A DNA stretch of 64,000 nucleotides from Nitrosopumilus sp. (lineage in GTDB: Archaea > Thermoproteota > Nitrososphaeria > Nitrososphaerales > Nitrosopumilaceae), in assembly GCA_965205675.1 (NCBI GenBank), contig OZ242186.1:608001-672000 (forward strand), written 5' to 3'. Shown piece after piece: positions 1 to 9,285 of the stretch. The notes beneath the pieces were generated by a model. It searched no databases. It was not told where the DNA came from and saw only the letters and a program-made list of their open reading frames with translations. The translations under genes were made by a program, and so were the position numbers. Numbering within the stretch: the stretch's first letter is position 1; the number at the start of each line of letters is the position of its first letter.

Positions 1-66
1 TGAAGTGTTATACAAACACGACGTACATTCTAAAGCTAAAGATTGGCTAAGTACAAGAAACTAACT

Positions 67-1230
67 TTATTTTCTCAAATCTAATGTTTTGTATTCACAT
101 CCTTCTGGTCCACAGTATTTACCTACATAGACTGCTTTAGGTCTATACAGTGCTGGTTTTGGTGCGGCTTCTGCAAATTTTTCTTCAATGATATGTGCTG
201 CCCATCCTACAACCCGTGATATCGCAAAAATAGGCGTATTAAGATCAACTGGGATTTTTAGCATATAGTATATTGATGCACTGTACAAATCTACATTTGG
301 ATAAATATCTCGATTCTTCTGGGATTTCATCTCTGCTATTGTTACCGTTTCAATTTTTTCTGTCATTTTAAACCATGGTTCCCTAGTTTTTTCTGCAAGT
401 TTTCTTGATAATTCTTTTAGTACTTGTGCTCTTGGATCATATGTTCTGTAAACTGCATGACCCATTCCCATTATTCTGTCTCCTATGCTGATTTTTTCTT
501 TAATCCATTTTTCAACTTTTTCAATATCTACAATTTCTAAAAGCATTTTCATTACTTCTGTATTTGCCCCCCCATGTAACTCTCCACTTAATGCACCAAT
601 TGCTGCACTTGCAGCTGAATACATGTGTGCCCTAGTTGATGCTACTTGCCTAGCTGTGAAAGTAGATGCATTAAATGTATGATCTGCATGAAGAATTAAA
701 CAGACATCAAAGATTTTTTCAACTTCTGGATCTGGTTTTTCTCCTGACATCATGTATAGGAAATTTGCTGCATGGCTTAGTGTCGAATCAGGATCTACAA
801 TTTCTAACCCGTTCCTAATCCTTTGCCAACTTGCAATGATTGTTGGTACTTTGGCAATCAGATTGATGGCTTTATCATAACTTGCATCTTTATTTGAAAA
901 TTCTTCATCATAATACCCTGCTAATGCTGAGACAAATGCTTGAAGCATATCCATTGGATCTGCATCTTTTCTCCAATTGCCCATGTTTTTCTGCATTTGT
1001 TTTGGAATGTATCTGGCATCAACTAATTTTGCATTAAATTCATCTAATTCTTGTTTAGTGGGTAATTGGTCATAGAGTAATAGATATGCTGTTTCTTCAA
1101 ATGTCGAGTTTTTAGTAAGATCTAATATGTCAAACCCTCTGTAAATCAGCTTGCCTTTTTCACCATCAATGTTTGAAATTCTGGTATCTGCTACCTCAAT
1201 TCCGCGCAAACCAATATTCTTCGTTTCCAC
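67..1230 (-). CDS. gltA: Citrate synthase
   Basis: GLRGI N-terminus; LHADHTFNAST, LSGELHGGAN, GMGHAVY..YDPRA and YPNVD motifs. Confidence 0.96.
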   Translation of the reverse strand: METKNIGLRGIEVADTRISNIDGEKGKLIYRGFDILDLTKNSTFEETAYLLLYDQLPTKQELDEFNAKLVDARYIPKQMQKNMGNWRKDADPMDMLQAFVSALAGYYDEEFSNKDASYDKAINLIAKVPTIIASWQRIRNGLEIVDPDSTLSHAANFLYMMSGEKPDPEVEKIFDVCLILHADHTFNASTFTARQVASTRAHMYSAASAAIGALSGELHGGANTEVMKMLLEIVDIEKVEKWIKEKISIGDRIMGMGHAVYRTYDPRAQVLKELSRKLAEKTREPWFKMTEKIETVTIAEMKSQKNRDIYPNVDLYSASIYYMLKIPVDLNTPIFAISRVVGWAAHIIEEKFAEAAPKPALYRPKAVYVGKYCGPEGCEYKTLDLRK

Positions 1231-1348
1231 ATTGAGCCTACTGAAAATCTTTTATTATATTTTCGCCAAAATCTTGTCTATGAAGTTTAGCATTTAGTCT
1301 AATATGGCAACTTTTGGTCATAAATGAAAATTTTTAATCAAAAATTGA

Positions 1349-1540
1349 ATGACTCCTAAAGAACGTGAACATTTGAAAAAATTAGATGATTTGGTGCTTA
1401 ATGCGTCTCCTGAAGAACTACAAAAAATTCAAGAAATAGATAATCAAACCCAGATGGAAGGTTTGTCATTATATGAAGTATGTCTTGATTCTAGTTCCTT
1501 GATAAACCGGAGCATCAAAAAATCATCCAAGAAATCTTAA
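1349..1540 (+). CDS. Small hypothetical protein
   Basis: 63-aa ATG ORF with helical charged composition filling an intergenic gap. Confidence 0.55.
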   Translation: MTPKEREHLKKLDDLVLNASPEELQKIQEIDNQTQMEGLSLYEVCLDSSSLINRSIKKSSKKS

Positions 1541-1586
1541 TTTTCATTCTTCATTTAAATGAGGGTTCGTGGTTTTTAAATTTGTA

Positions 1587-2684
1587 TTGGCATCTTCAAA
1601 AAAAATAACTAAAAAAACAGCAGCTAAAAAAATAACTAAAAAAACAGCAGCTAAAAAAATAACTAAAAAAACAGCAGCTAAAAAAATAACTAAAAAAACA
1701 GCTTCAAAACGTACTAAAGTCATTTGCATTTCCCATAAAGAAGACTGTGATGGTATTAGCTCTGCAGCTCTTATACGTCAGGCATTTGGCGGTGATGCAA
1801 TCTTAGTTGATTATCCCGGTCAAATGGATGCATTAAATCAAGTTGTTTTAGATGATAAACTAAAATCATTATTCATTTGTGATCTAGGCCTTAGTAAAAA
1901 AACACAAGATGAATTTATTGATATTATGAAAAGACTGAGAAAAAATAAAATTTCAGTTACTTATATTGATCACCATGATATAGATCCTAATGTTGTAAAA
2001 TCTCTAAAAAAAATCAAAGTCAAGTTAATTCATGATATTAATGAATGTACTACGGTCCAAGTTTACAATGCTTACAAATCAAAATTAAATGATCATGCTT
2101 CCTTTGTTGCAACATGTGCTGCAATCACTGATTATATGGAAGACCGTCCTATTGGTTCAAAATTATTACAAATCTATGACCGCCAGTTTGCTTTGATTAG
2201 TGCAACTGTCATGACTTACAATATAGTTGGACATCAAAAAGAACCTGATTACTTGCTATATTTAGTTGAAGAGTTGGCTGAATCTAAATTCCCACACGAT
2301 ATCCCAAATACCTTTGAATTTGCTCAAATTCAAGTAGAGAAACTATCTCAAATAATTGCCAAAGTCAAGAAAGGTATGAAAACTATGAAAAATCTTGGTT
2401 ATATGGAAATTTTAGATTCTGGTGCAAGTGGTGCCGTTAATTTTGTTATGGGCTTGTCTGGAAAAGATGTTGGTGTTGCATACAAAGAGCGTGTAGACCA
2501 TGGCATCTATGCCGTATCTGTTAGGGGTTCAAAGAATTGTAAAGTCCATTTGGGCAAAATTGTAAATCTTTTAGCAACCAGTCTTGGTGGTTCTGGTGGT
2601 GGACATGACAAAGCATGTGGTGCAGTTGTCCCAAAACCAAAAATAAAAAAATTCATTACAGAATTAAATAAAAAAATAAAATGA
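1587..2684 (+). CDS. DHH/DHHA1 family phosphoesterase with Lys-rich repeat N-tail
   Basis: HxxDxDG, DLG, DHH and GGSGGGH motifs. Start set at TTG 1587 (TTTAAAT box at 1554-1560); ORF track starts at GTG 1569. Confidence 0.88.
   Translation: MASSKKITKKTAAKKITKKTAAKKITKKTAAKKITKKTASKRTKVICISHKEDCDGISSAALIRQAFGGDAILVDYPGQMDALNQVVLDDKLKSLFICDLGLSKKTQDEFIDIMKRLRKNKISVTYIDHHDIDPNVVKSLKKIKVKLIHDINECTTVQVYNAYKSKLNDHASFVATCAAITDYMEDRPIGSKLLQIYDRQFALISATVMTYNIVGHQKEPDYLLYLVEELAESKFPHDIPNTFEFAQIQVEKLSQIIAKVKKGMKTMKNLGYMEILDSGASGAVNFVMGLSGKDVGVAYKERVDHGIYAVSVRGSKNCKVHLGKIVNLLATSLGGSGGGHDKACGAVVPKPKIKKFITELNKKIK
1599..1702 (+). repeat. 27-bp tandem repeat, about 3.9 copies, encoding KKITKKTAA
   Basis: Unit AAAAAAATAACTAAAAAAACAGCAGCT at 1599, 1626, 1653; partial copy at 1680. 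Confidence 0.95.
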
Positions 2685-3107
2685 TCACTGTAAGAATCTA
2701 GGAATCTTTTTTACTACATGTGAAATTGATATTCTTCCTGGTCCTGCTACAATTATTGCTAAAACTGCAGCTAACATTACAAGGTCCCATTCCCATCCTC
2801 CTTTGGAGATGAAAAATCCATTTTCCCATCTGATGTGAAATATTGCCCCAAGTAAGATCACTGCAAATATTGAACCTGTTACTCTTGTCAGTATTCCGGC
2901 AATTAACAAAATCCCTCCAATGAATTCTGCTAATGCTATTGGCAGTTGCATCTCTGGTGGTAATCCTATACTCACTAACCATTCTTGCCAACTTGGATCA
3001 AATTTCTTCAAACTGTGAACTATGAAAATAATCCCAATTGATGCACTTATTCCCCAATGTGTAATGTCATGTAATGCTTTCTCCTTTAGGATGGCCTCTG
3101 TGTTCAT
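2685..3107 (-). CDS. DoxX family membrane protein
   Basis: HSLKK, AEFIGG.LL..G..TR, GWEWD and GPGRIS motifs; four hydrophobic segments. Confidence 0.88.
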   Translation of the reverse strand: MNTEAILKEKALHDITHWGISASIGIIFIVHSLKKFDPSWQEWLVSIGLPPEMQLPIALAEFIGGILLIAGILTRVTGSIFAVILLGAIFHIRWENGFFISKGGWEWDLVMLAAVLAIIVAGPGRISISHVVKKIPRFLQ

Positions 3108-3204
3108 GGATACACGATTTTGAAATTAATTAAAAAGGTTTACCCAAATCAAAAATAAAACTGGAATAATTTTTTAATAATTTGATGATCAATTTGATTC
3201 AAAT

Positions 3205-4317
3205 TTGAATCCTAAATTTCTTGTATCTTTGATTGTAGCTGGTGCTGTCCTTGCAGCTTTAACTGTTTCATTCTCATTTGAATCTAAACCTCTTGTTGTT
3301 TCCCCTTTGATATCTAATGCTGATCTGTCTTATTTAGAGCCGATGATAATGGAAACAAATGGGGTTAAACATAATATCTCACTAGATAAAATCAAAGACG
3401 GTGGACCTCCAAAAGATGGTATTCCCTCCATCGATAATCCCCAATTCGTTGATGCAGATGATGCCGATTTTGTATCTGATTCTGATACTGTTATTGGATT
3501 GGAAATTAATGGTAAATCCAAAGCGTATCCTATCTTTATCTTGGTTTGGCATGAAATTGTAAATGATATTGTAGGTGGAATTCCTGTTGCTGTCACTTAC
3601 TGTCCTCTTTGTTATACCAATCAAGTTTTTGAAAGAGTTATTGATGAACAAAAAGTGGAATTTGGAACTTCTGGAAAATTATACAATAATAATTTACTAA
3701 TGTATGATAGATATCCCGAATCTTATTGGAGTCAAGCTCTTGGACTTGCTGTAAAGGGGGAGTTGACTGGTCACGAATTAAACTTGGTTCCTTTTGATGT
3801 GATAACTTGGGGTGATTGGAAACAACTTCATCCTGACACTAAAGTACTTACTACTGACACAGGACACATTCGCTCATATACAATTGATCCTTATGGAAAT
3901 TATTACACAGAACCTAGGATAATGTTTCCTGTAGAATACCTTGATGATAGATTACATCCGAAAGAAATTATCGTTGGGTTTAATCAAGATAATATTTACA
4001 AAGCTTACAAACAAAGTGATATTGAATCTAAAATTGTAATCAATGATTTCATAGGGCAAACTCCTTTACTGCTTGTTTCATTATTTCCTGAAAATTCTCG
4101 TGCATTTGTAAGAATTGTTGATGATGCTGTATTAGATTTTGTTTTTAAAGATGGCCAAATTTTTGATTCTCAAACTCAATCTGAATGGAATTATAACGGG
4201 TTATCTATATCTGGTAAATATAGTGGGGTGCAATTAGAACGACTGCCAATTCAACCTGGTTTTTGGTTTGAGTGGATTGCATTTCATCCACAAACCCTAA
4301 TCTTTGGTATAGAATAA
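3205..4317 (+). CDS. DUF3179 family protein with N-terminal anchor
   Basis: GGPPKDGIPSI, WHEIVND, TYCPLC, FGTSGKLY and FWFEW motifs. Confidence 0.88.
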   Translation: MNPKFLVSLIVAGAVLAALTVSFSFESKPLVVSPLISNADLSYLEPMIMETNGVKHNISLDKIKDGGPPKDGIPSIDNPQFVDADDADFVSDSDTVIGLEINGKSKAYPIFILVWHEIVNDIVGGIPVAVTYCPLCYTNQVFERVIDEQKVEFGTSGKLYNNNLLMYDRYPESYWSQALGLAVKGELTGHELNLVPFDVITWGDWKQLHPDTKVLTTDTGHIRSYTIDPYGNYYTEPRIMFPVEYLDDRLHPKEIIVGFNQDNIYKAYKQSDIESKIVINDFIGQTPLLLVSLFPENSRAFVRIVDDAVLDFVFKDGQIFDSQTQSEWNYNGLSISGKYSGVQLERLPIQPGFWFEWIAFHPQTLIFGIE

Positions 4318-4796
4318 TGAAATCTGTTTACAAGGCAATTGTTGTTGGTCTTTTTGTTATCTTTGTTTATCTCTTAGTTGTTGTAATTACTACACCTGTT
4401 CTGGATCCGCTAGATGCAATCAATGCTGCATTTCAATTAAACTCTATTGTAATAATTGGTATGGGTACTGGCGTTGGTCTTCAGGTCTTTCTTTCTGAGA
4501 AAGGCAAATTGTTGGGATGTCGACTTTCTGTAAAGAAAAAAGCATTTGGTGGAAATACTGGAAGTACAGCTGTAACCTCTTTTTTCTCTTTAGTTCCTTT
4601 GGGTTGTTGTGGATGGTGGTTGTATGCCCTTTCTTTACTTCCTAGTGTTGTTGGAACTGGTGTTTCTGCTGTATTGATAGAATATAGTCAAGTTATGGCG
4701 TATGTTGGATTATTTGTGATTTTTGGGTTTACTGGATTGACTGCATACAAATTAAACAAAGAACAAAAATTACAAAAAATATTTAATTCATCTTAA
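4317..4796 (+). CDS. Membrane protein with GCCG motif, coupled to DUF3179 gene
   Basis: ATG 4317 overlaps upstream stop (TAATG); several TM segments. Confidence 0.75.
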   Translation: MKSVYKAIVVGLFVIFVYLLVVVITTPVLDPLDAINAAFQLNSIVIIGMGTGVGLQVFLSEKGKLLGCRLSVKKKAFGGNTGSTAVTSFFSLVPLGCCGWWLYALSLLPSVVGTGVSAVLIEYSQVMAYVGLFVIFGFTGLTAYKLNKEQKLQKIFNSS

Positions 4797-5151
4797 TTGA
4801 GAATGCAAAAAATTTACCTTTACTTTTACTGATAAATTTTGCTATTTTAGCCATGAATCCATATTTTTCATCTCTCCATTTTACAGCTTTTATAATTTGT
4901 TCTCCTGTTAAAATTTCTGCAGTGCCTGAAGCCCACTCTCCTATTATCTTTCCTTTCATTGTACACAATGCAATTTTTACTTGTAAATTATTTTGGAGAC
5001 GTTTAACTTTACCTGTTTGATTTCGAGTTACAACATAAATTAAATTGTTTTTTATCACAAACCATACTGGAGTTTTTACTGGTTGATTATTTTTTTTATA
5101 TGTTTCAAGTGAAATGTATTTTTCTGATTTAATTTGTTCTAGATCAAACAT
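4783..5151 (-). CDS. PPOX-class F420-dependent oxidoreductase
   Basis: YISLETYKK...TPVWF and GKVKRL..N motifs. Confidence 0.88.
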   Translation of the reverse strand: MFDLEQIKSEKYISLETYKKNNQPVKTPVWFVIKNNLIYVVTRNQTGKVKRLQNNLQVKIALCTMKGKIIGEWASGTAEILTGEQIIKAVKWRDEKYGFMAKIAKFISKSKGKFFAFSIKMN

Positions 5152-5175
5152 TGCTCAATAGTTTGTTTTATTGTT

Positions 5176-5991
5176 TTAATATTTAGGTGACATGGTTAGT
5201 TTTGATTTTGTTGAAATTATAATTACTGAAATAATTGCGATTGCCAATATTAATGATGCAATGACTCCAAATTCTGGTACTACTATCCCATCTTTTATTT
5301 CCACTTGTATTGATTCTTTATGGGCTGATGTTGTTCCCTGATTTGCAGTAATTGTGTATATGCCATCTTCTTTCCACATTGAACCTCCTATTTTCATCTC
5401 AACTTCAAAGTCGCCGTGGATGCTAGGAGTCACTTGCCCAATTGCTACCAAATTTCCCACTGGAGATCTAACAATTAGTGTAATGTCGGTTCCTCCAACA
5501 TTTGTATTTCCTGTGATTGTGATTACATCTGACCCGTTAATTGCATCAGCTGACATTGAAATTCCTTTAGTTATTGGTATTCCTCCTTTGCTTGGTTCAT
5601 CCTCAATTATTCTGGCATCTGGATTTCTTGGAATTGTTTGATATGTGACTATGAATTCTGTTGACGCAATAATTTCTAAATCTTCATGACTGGCTGTTAC
5701 CAAATATACTCCTTCTTTGAAGCTTGGTATTGGCGGATTTAGTAATTTTTGAAATTCTCCATTATCTTTAATTGAGACTTGAGGTGCAAAAATCAATGCC
5801 CCATCTGGACCAATTATCTTTAGTTTAACTGGTTTGAATTGAGATGCATCTGTGATTTTACCTGTAATCCATATTGAATCTAGTGCTTTGATTTGTTCTG
5901 ATGATGTTTGAACTAACAATGTTTGTTCTGCAAAAGCTAAAGTTGAAATCATTGAAACCCCCACTAGTATGAACAGTAAACTCTTTAGCAT
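5176..5991 (-). CDS. PEFG-CTERM surface protein
   Basis: Signal peptide MLKSLLFIL from ATG 5991; C-terminal VPEFG, TM helix and basic tail. Confidence 0.88.
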   Translation of the reverse strand: MLKSLLFILVGVSMISTLAFAEQTLLVQTSSEQIKALDSIWITGKITDASQFKPVKLKIIGPDGALIFAPQVSIKDNGEFQKLLNPPIPSFKEGVYLVTASHEDLEIIASTEFIVTYQTIPRNPDARIIEDEPSKGGIPITKGISMSADAINGSDVITITGNTNVGGTDITLIVRSPVGNLVAIGQVTPSIHGDFEVEMKIGGSMWKEDGIYTITANQGTTSAHKESIQVEIKDGIVVPEFGVIASLILAIAIISVIIISTKSKLTMSPKY

Positions 5992-6172
5992 TTTCTTTCT
6001 AACTCTTACTTGTATATGAATTATTTTTATTACTGTGTAGTGATCTTTATTTTTGAATTTCTCTCTATCTTTTTTTACTCCAATTTTTTTAATTTGTATG
6101 TATTTCAATACTGGTAATATACAACCTATTTGAGAAATTGAACAACAACAAAGACAACTATCTTTTTTATGA

Positions 6173-6370
6173 TTACATTCTGGACAATTCATGTTTTTTA
6201 CTTCTTGCTTTTGTCCTAAGTCTTGTTTTACAACAGGGACATGTGTTTTCTTCTGTGAGGAAAAATAATGCACATAATGAACACCATTTTTGACCAATTT
6301 TGTAACGTAGATTATTTGTAAAAGATGTAGATTTTAGACGTTCACATAACCCTTTACACATTTGTGCCAT
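6173..6370 (-). CDS. Small Cys-rich zinc-ribbon protein
   Basis: CKGLC, CSLC and CPCC motifs in 65 aa. Confidence 0.75.
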   Translation of the reverse strand: MAQMCKGLCERLKSTSFTNNLRYKIGQKWCSLCALFFLTEENTCPCCKTRLRTKARSKKHELSRM

Positions 6371-6414
6371 GGATACATTTGTTCAAAAATCTATTTAAGA
6401 AAATTTCCAAATTA

Positions 6415-6870
6415 TTATTCTGAAAATTCTATAATAGCGTCAATTTCAATCATAGAATTTAATGGAAGACATGCAACACCTACTGCGATCCTGGAATGTT
6501 TTCCTTTCTCTCCAAATATTTCAAAAAACAAATCTGATGCTGGATTTATTATTTTTGGATGCTGTGTAAATTCTGGCATTGAATTTACAAATCCTGATAA
6601 CTTGACAATTTTTGTAATCTTATCTAGCGTGCCTAATTCCCTCTTTATCTGAGCCAAAATATTGATTGCGCACATTCTTGCTGATTTTTGAGCAATTTCC
6701 ATATTCTCGTCTGAAACTTTGCCTGTGAAAATCACTTTCCCATCTTCCATTGGAATTTGTCCAGAAATGAATAGTAAATTCCCTGTTTTTACTGCTGGAA
6801 CATATGATCCTGCTGGTGTTGGTGGGTTTGGAAGTTTTATTCCTATTGATTCTAGCTTTTCTTCAATCAC
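6415..6870 (-). CDS. RidA/YjgF family protein
   Basis: P..AGSY, SGQIP and HSRIAVGV..LP motifs. Confidence 0.9.
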   Translation of the reverse strand: MIEEKLESIGIKLPNPPTPAGSYVPAVKTGNLLFISGQIPMEDGKVIFTGKVSDENMEIAQKSARMCAINILAQIKRELGTLDKITKIVKLSGFVNSMPEFTQHPKIINPASDLFFEIFGEKGKHSRIAVGVACLPLNSMIEIDAIIEFSE

Positions 6871-6930
6871 AAATATGTTGCTAAACCAGTCTGATTTTAA
6901 TTTTTATTATCTAGTTTAATTGTCATTATT

Positions 6931-7536
6931 TCAAATTTTAAGATATCCTACTTTTGAAATTTTATTATTGATATTTCTTTGTAATACCACTCGTTCGTTT
7001 GTTTTTCTTCCTCCAAGCAATCTCTCGTTTACGTTTTCCATGAATTCATTAATCTGTTTAAAACAATTACCTATTTCTTTTCTTAATTCCTCATCAGAAC
7101 TATTTTCTTTTGTCCATAAAATTGAAGATGCCACTTCAAACATCCCTGTCATATTTGTTAGTAATAATCCATAATCTTTTTTTGCAAGTTTATTAAATTT
7201 ATGTGAATTAAGATCTTTTGATATATCTGAAAATATTTTTTTATTTTCTAAATTTTTTAATGATTGATTTATTTTAGATTCGTATGTAAAAATTATATTA
7301 TTTACAAATCCTATATTTTCTTCTGTAGAAAAATGATAATATTTTACATAATATGCATCATTTTTATATCCATGTTTTTCCACATGTCCTAACATTTCCA
7401 TTTTTTTTAATATTTCTTTTAGTTTTGAACGATTGAATCTCTTTTTGTTATTCAAACATTTTTTCCAAATGTCTCCAAAATAGTTTTTATCCTCATTCAT
7501 ACATTCTAAAATATAATTAATTGAAATTGTTTGCAT
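6931..7536 (-). CDS. Hypothetical protein, possible N-terminal winged helix
   Basis: 201-aa very AT-rich ORF; LKEILKKMEMLGHVEK resembles a wHTH. Confidence 0.6.
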   Translation of the reverse strand: MQTISINYILECMNEDKNYFGDIWKKCLNNKKRFNRSKLKEILKKMEMLGHVEKHGYKNDAYYVKYYHFSTEENIGFVNNIIFTYESKINQSLKNLENKKIFSDISKDLNSHKFNKLAKKDYGLLLTNMTGMFEVASSILWTKENSSDEELRKEIGNCFKQINEFMENVNERLLGGRKTNERVVLQRNINNKISKVGYLKI

Positions 7537-7719
7537 ATGTTTTCATTTATGGGGGAATTATTTATTGATGGTGACTCTATTTTTGAGGCTAATTTACACT
7601 CTTATCTGTTCATACTCAAAAACTGCCAAGTTTTGGGTATTTTGTAGATGCTTATTTTCTGCAAATGTAATGACTATTTCTAATATCATTTTCAATTAGA
7701 TTGTACTTTTTCATGAGGA

Positions 7720-8005
7720 AGAATTAGATGAAGAGGGATTGCGCAGATGTTTTGACAAGTTCACACCTAAGACTTGAATTGATTCAACAGGAATATGACT
7801 ATAATTATCCATGTGAATTGTTTTTATACATTTCCTCTCTTTCTATACATCAGGGCATGGCTTTCGCTAGAGAATGGTTTCAATCAAAAGATGGCAGACA
7901 TGTATCCATACGAGACTATTCTCTCAATGCTATCTTCATCCTAGTTAGGATTGTTCGCAGTTATTAGACGAGGCCTTGTCCCTCAATAATTACAACGCGA
8001 CTTGC
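7720..8005 (-). ncRNA. Putative IS110 bridge/seek RNA
   Basis: Several stems downstream of the transposase; internal loop at 7955-8000 whose strands match the flanks; RNA ends uncertain. Confidence 0.55.
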
Positions 8006-8009
8006 AGTC

Positions 8010-9125
8010 CTAACTATAATTTTGTACAAATTCTCTCCTCTCCTTTAACATCCAATAAATCACCCTCAGGATCTTTGATGCACCAGCTACTGCAGCTTTG
8101 GATGATCCTCTTTTCTTTTTAATGCGATTGTAAAATTTTGTAATGTCACTATCCTTGGCATGAATTGCATGAGTGTGTATGCATTCTGTTAGAACCCATC
8201 TCAATGTCATGCTTCCCCTTTTTGTTATTCTGCCATGGTGTATTGTATCTGCAGAGTTTCTAACTGATGGTACAACTCCTGCATATGCACACAGTTTGTG
8301 AGAATCATTGAATCTCTCAATATCTGCAATCTCTGATGCAATGACAAGCGAAGAATAATGCCCAATTCCCGGAATCGAGTTTATCAAAATTGCATCAGGA
8401 TTAACTTTTACAGCAGCATACACTTTGGAATTAATCTCTGCAATCTGTAAATTAAGGTGGCTGATTTGTTGCAAGAATCCGTCTATTCTGTAATCTCCTA
8501 GTGCCTTGAGTCTTCTGTTGTATGTTTCAGTGAATGTAACTCCTGGAATCCTGATTCCTTCCTGTAACAATATTCCATGAACTGAATTCTTGACAGATGT
8601 TCTCCATTGGATTAGTTTTTTCCTATATCTTACAAGCTGTCTTTGTTGTACAATCTTTTTGTCTGGAACATAACATGTGGCAATGTATCCTCCTCGTAAA
8701 AGATCTGCCAATATCTTGGCATCAATCTTGTCTGTTTTCTTTTTTGATGTAGCAATTGCCTTTGTCAAATATGGGTTTGAGAGTGTGACGTTTTTGTATC
8801 CCAAAGTATCTGTGAGAAATCGATACGTGTCATACCAGACTGATGAGGATTCCATTACAATATTTGCAGAAATTGGTATTTTTGCAAAATGCTTCCTGAT
8901 AGATTCATGAGTGTTATCCACTTTGTCATTTTGTAATACTTTGCCTGCATCATCCATTATTGCTACTTGAAGAAACTTCTTGTGCAGGTCAATGCCCACA
9001 AACATGCCTTTCTTTGGTTTCTTCCTAATCTGTTTGTTTGTAATCTTTTTTGGAGCCGAGTATTTACGAACCTTGGAACTAGATTCATTTTTTATGCTAT
9101 CTGATTTCCTTGCTTTCTTATTCAC
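8010..9125 (-). CDS. IS110 transposase (DEDD RuvC-like recombinase)
   Basis: GIDLHK, VMES, KTDKIDA acidic residues; SIPGIG and AGVVP...S C-domain; true start could be ATG 9005. Confidence 0.95.
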   Translation of the reverse strand: MNKKARKSDSIKNESSSKVRKYSAPKKITNKQIRKKPKKGMFVGIDLHKKFLQVAIMDDAGKVLQNDKVDNTHESIRKHFAKIPISANIVMESSSVWYDTYRFLTDTLGYKNVTLSNPYLTKAIATSKKKTDKIDAKILADLLRGGYIATCYVPDKKIVQQRQLVRYRKKLIQWRTSVKNSVHGILLQEGIRIPGVTFTETYNRRLKALGDYRIDGFLQQISHLNLQIAEINSKVYAAVKVNPDAILINSIPGIGHYSSLVIASEIADIERFNDSHKLCAYAGVVPSVRNSADTIHHGRITKRGSMTLRWVLTECIHTHAIHAKDSDITKFYNRIKKKRGSSKAAVAGASKILRVIYWMLKERREFVQNYS

Positions 9126-9285
9126 ATATAGTTATTCATATATAATTACAGCAAAATGCCAGCAACGATGATATCTGTTCATATTTAACAAAATCTCAAA
9201 GGACGTAACTTTTTTTCAAATTACATCTGATTTTATATCGTATATTGTGCTTGAAAAATTTCAGAAAAAAAAATCTTGATATTTT

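Larger units (their letters stand above)
7683..9144 (-). mobile_element. IS110-family element with short upstream end and long downstream non-coding end
   Basis: Intact recombinase; ends inferred from shared TAT core (minus strand) at 7683-7685 and 9142-9144 and from guide matches; boundaries tentative. Confidence 0.7.

Noticed and set aside
1544-1729. Minus-strand ORF with VFLVIFLAA repeats
   Set aside because: Antisense shadow of the 27-bp repeat
5992-6297. 373-aa version of the PEFG-CTERM ORF
   Set aside because: Signal peptide starts at 5991; the extension overlaps another gene
7788-7836. Candidate donor-binding loop (AAATGTAT and TCATAT resemble the predicted circle junction)
   Set aside because: Match is imperfect and the segments pair with each other as an ordinary hairpin
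7728-7967. 79-aa + strand ORF
   Set aside because: No motif; antisense to the structured IS110 non-coding end
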